A stretch of DNA of 64,000 bases from Saprolegnia diclina VS20 (Eukaryota). Both the position numbers and the translations under genes were made by a program. Under the pieces are notes generated by a model. It did not search any database, had not been told where the DNA came from, and saw only the letters and a list, made by a program, of their open reading frames with translations. The stretch covers positions 878,280 to 942,279 of the forward strand of contig NW_008246078.1 of assembly GCF_000281045.1 (NCBI RefSeq), written 5' to 3'. Each line of letters begins with the position of its first letter. Positions within the stretch are counted from its first letter, which is position 1. Below, in pieces: positions 62,213 through 64,000 of this stretch.

Positions 62213-63859
62213 CTAGACAAAATGATTCGACTCGTCGTCCTCGTCACTGCTCTCGTCGGCGGCAATGTCGGCTTCGAGATGAGCATTCGCGACGACGTCG
62301 GCGACCACGTCCACGGGCCAGACCGACCGGTTGAGCTGAAGAAAGAGAAGTGTCTCAATGTTGGTGGGCAGCACACCGTTCTTGGCAGTCGCAAACGCGT
62401 GCTGAATCCGATTGGCCGTTGCTGGCAGCACTTTCAAAATCTCCAAGTACTTGTCGTCCGCCTCAAGGCGAGCGCGCTTGAGGAGCCGTGTCGCATAGTC
62501 GGTTTCCAAGCCCGCGAGCGCAGTCGCGACGGGCGACTCAAAGTCGCGAAGGGCGGCGCGGTCGGTCGCCTGGAGCTTGACGCCTTGCTGGAGCTTGACG
62601 ACGGCTTTCTCAAAAGCCGGTGACTCGACGCCGTCAGCGTTGAGAAAGGGTGACAAGCTCGAGTAGTCGAGAAGAAGGCTATCCAGCAGCTGTCGCACGT
62701 CCGAGAGGCTGGTCCGCTCCGTTTGCAAAAGATGGTTGGCGACCGAGTTGAGGTTGACGAGATGCTCCAGGAGCGACCGAAGCACAGTCTCGTCATGTGC
62801 CGTCACAGCGTCCAAAAGATGCGCGTACGTACCGGATGCGGCGAGGAGCGGGCGCAGCTTGAAGAAGCGCTGGAGCATCGCCAGCGTCGAGGGCCACGTC
62901 TTGGCGTCGTCTTCGAGAATCGGGTACAACTCACGCATGCTGCGGTACCGAATGCCGGTGCGAAGCCGCTGGAGCTCGTTCATGAGGTCGCGGACCGCGT
63001 TGATCGCGTCCGCTTTGGCCGGCGTTGCTAGAAACGCGAGGATGGCAGCGTCCAAGCGCGAGCTGGCGCACGTCACCATGGGCACGTCCATATCGTCAGC
63101 GATGGTCCTGAACGGCGACTCGACGGACGCAATCATGCACAAGATGTCGGCGCGCGTCCGCTTCAAGTCGGCTAACACATAGTCGAGAAAGGCGGCGTAC
63201 TCGACCTCGCAGCCGGCTTCGTTCGGCGTCGTGTCGTGGTACAGTGCCAGCAGTGGCATCTGCAACTCGTTCTTGAGCGCGTAGGCTGCAAAGAGACCGA
63301 GGAACGGCGCGCCGGTCTCGCTCACGCAGCGCTCGACGACCAGCGCAAATGTTGGCGGCAGGGCCGCCCGGACGTCGGCTTGGACGCGCCGCGTGACAAG
63401 GCGGAGGTACTTGCGCAGCTTCTTGGGCTCGATGCGGTCGAGCTTGATGTACATGTGGGCGCCCGCCATCTCGGCAAAGTCCATTGGCAAGTGCGCCCCA
63501 ACGATCCAGTCGAGGTAGTTGTGCACGGTCGCACCCAATGACGCCTTGGAGCGCAGCGACGTCGAGCTCGGCCGGTCCATGGCCGCGGTCGGCGGCGGCG
63601 GCAACGACGTCATGAGCGTCGCGTAGTCCTTGTGCTGCGAATACACGTGCTGCGCGAGGTTGTTGTAGCCCGCATTGCGCTGGATGGTCACGATGTGCGG
63701 CGACGGGCAGTGGAGACACTGGTAGCGCTCAGTGATCTTGGTCAGGCCCGTCTTCGTGTCGACGACCGAGCCTTCGCCGAGCTTGGCGAAGTAGAAGAGC
63801 GCAATCTGCTTGGGCGAGAAGGTCGGGCCCGTCGCAAGCGGGGACGGCTTGGTGCGCAT
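62213..63859 (-). CDS. BED zinc finger plus hAT-transposase-derived protein with degenerate catalytic motifs
   Basis: YQCLHC...GYNNLAQHVYSQH BED finger; YLDWIV..HLP..FAE, LPPTFALV, VPMVTCAS.RL, SPAFEKAVVKLQ and ETLLFLQLNRSVW match oomycete hAT-like transposases as recalled. Confidence 0.85.
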   Translation of the reverse strand: MRTKPSPLATGPTFSPKQIALFYFAKLGEGSVVDTKTGLTKITERYQCLHCPSPHIVTIQRNAGYNNLAQHVYSQHKDYATLMTSLPPPPTAAMDRPSSTSLRSKASLGATVHNYLDWIVGAHLPMDFAEMAGAHMYIKLDRIEPKKLRKYLRLVTRRVQADVRAALPPTFALVVERCVSETGAPFLGLFAAYALKNELQMPLLALYHDTTPNEAGCEVEYAAFLDYVLADLKRTRADILCMIASVESPFRTIADDMDVPMVTCASSRLDAAILAFLATPAKADAINAVRDLMNELQRLRTGIRYRSMRELYPILEDDAKTWPSTLAMLQRFFKLRPLLAASGTYAHLLDAVTAHDETVLRSLLEHLVNLNSVANHLLQTERTSLSDVRQLLDSLLLDYSSLSPFLNADGVESPAFEKAVVKLQQGVKLQATDRAALRDFESPVATALAGLETDYATRLLKRARLEADDKYLEILKVLPATANRIQHAFATAKNGVLPTNIETLLFLQLNRSVWPVDVVADVVANAHLEADIAADESSDEDDESNHFV

Positions 63860-64000
63860 GCTAACAATTACCGGTACGATCTATTGGTGCGCAGAGCAAT
63901 ACGAAAACCTCTTGCATTTCATACGTGGGAAGTATATTGCAATGTTGCCTTATTGCAATATATTATTTGTGGGAGGGTGTGACAATTATTGCAATTATAC

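Overview
Eukaryotic draft-assembly window with four N-gaps. The moderately GC-rich genes, 43-56 nt GT-AG introns, INR-like promoters and gene families point to an oomycete, most likely Saprolegniales (inference). In order it contains: (1) a minus-strand chromodomain-bearing Ty3/Gypsy LTR retrotransposon (1-5.35 kb), with gag and pol in different frames and an in-frame TAG before the integrase; (2) six paralogous three-exon genes (bZIP-like coiled coil plus START-like domain, 8.4-21.4 kb) with msrA embedded in the array; (3) conserved genes encoding a SAP-domain INCENP-like protein, an ING PHD protein and TRAPPC5; (4) a cluster of mostly pseudogenised paralogs of a degenerate 2OG-Fe(II) oxygenase-like family in both orientations (28-43.7 kb), with a shared upstream ATGACGTGGC motif, near-identical conversion-like tracts, a probable transposon footprint and an 888-bp TIR element with ATT target duplication; (5) hypothetical, membrane and zinc-finger genes, NDPK, NPL4, a secreted papain-family protein with its catalytic Cys replaced by Ser, an LRR protein and VPS4 with a Cys-rich insert; (6) an intact BED-finger hAT-transposase-derived ORF with its catalytic motifs replaced (candidate domesticated transposase). 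Family assignments rest on recalled motifs; no database searches were run.
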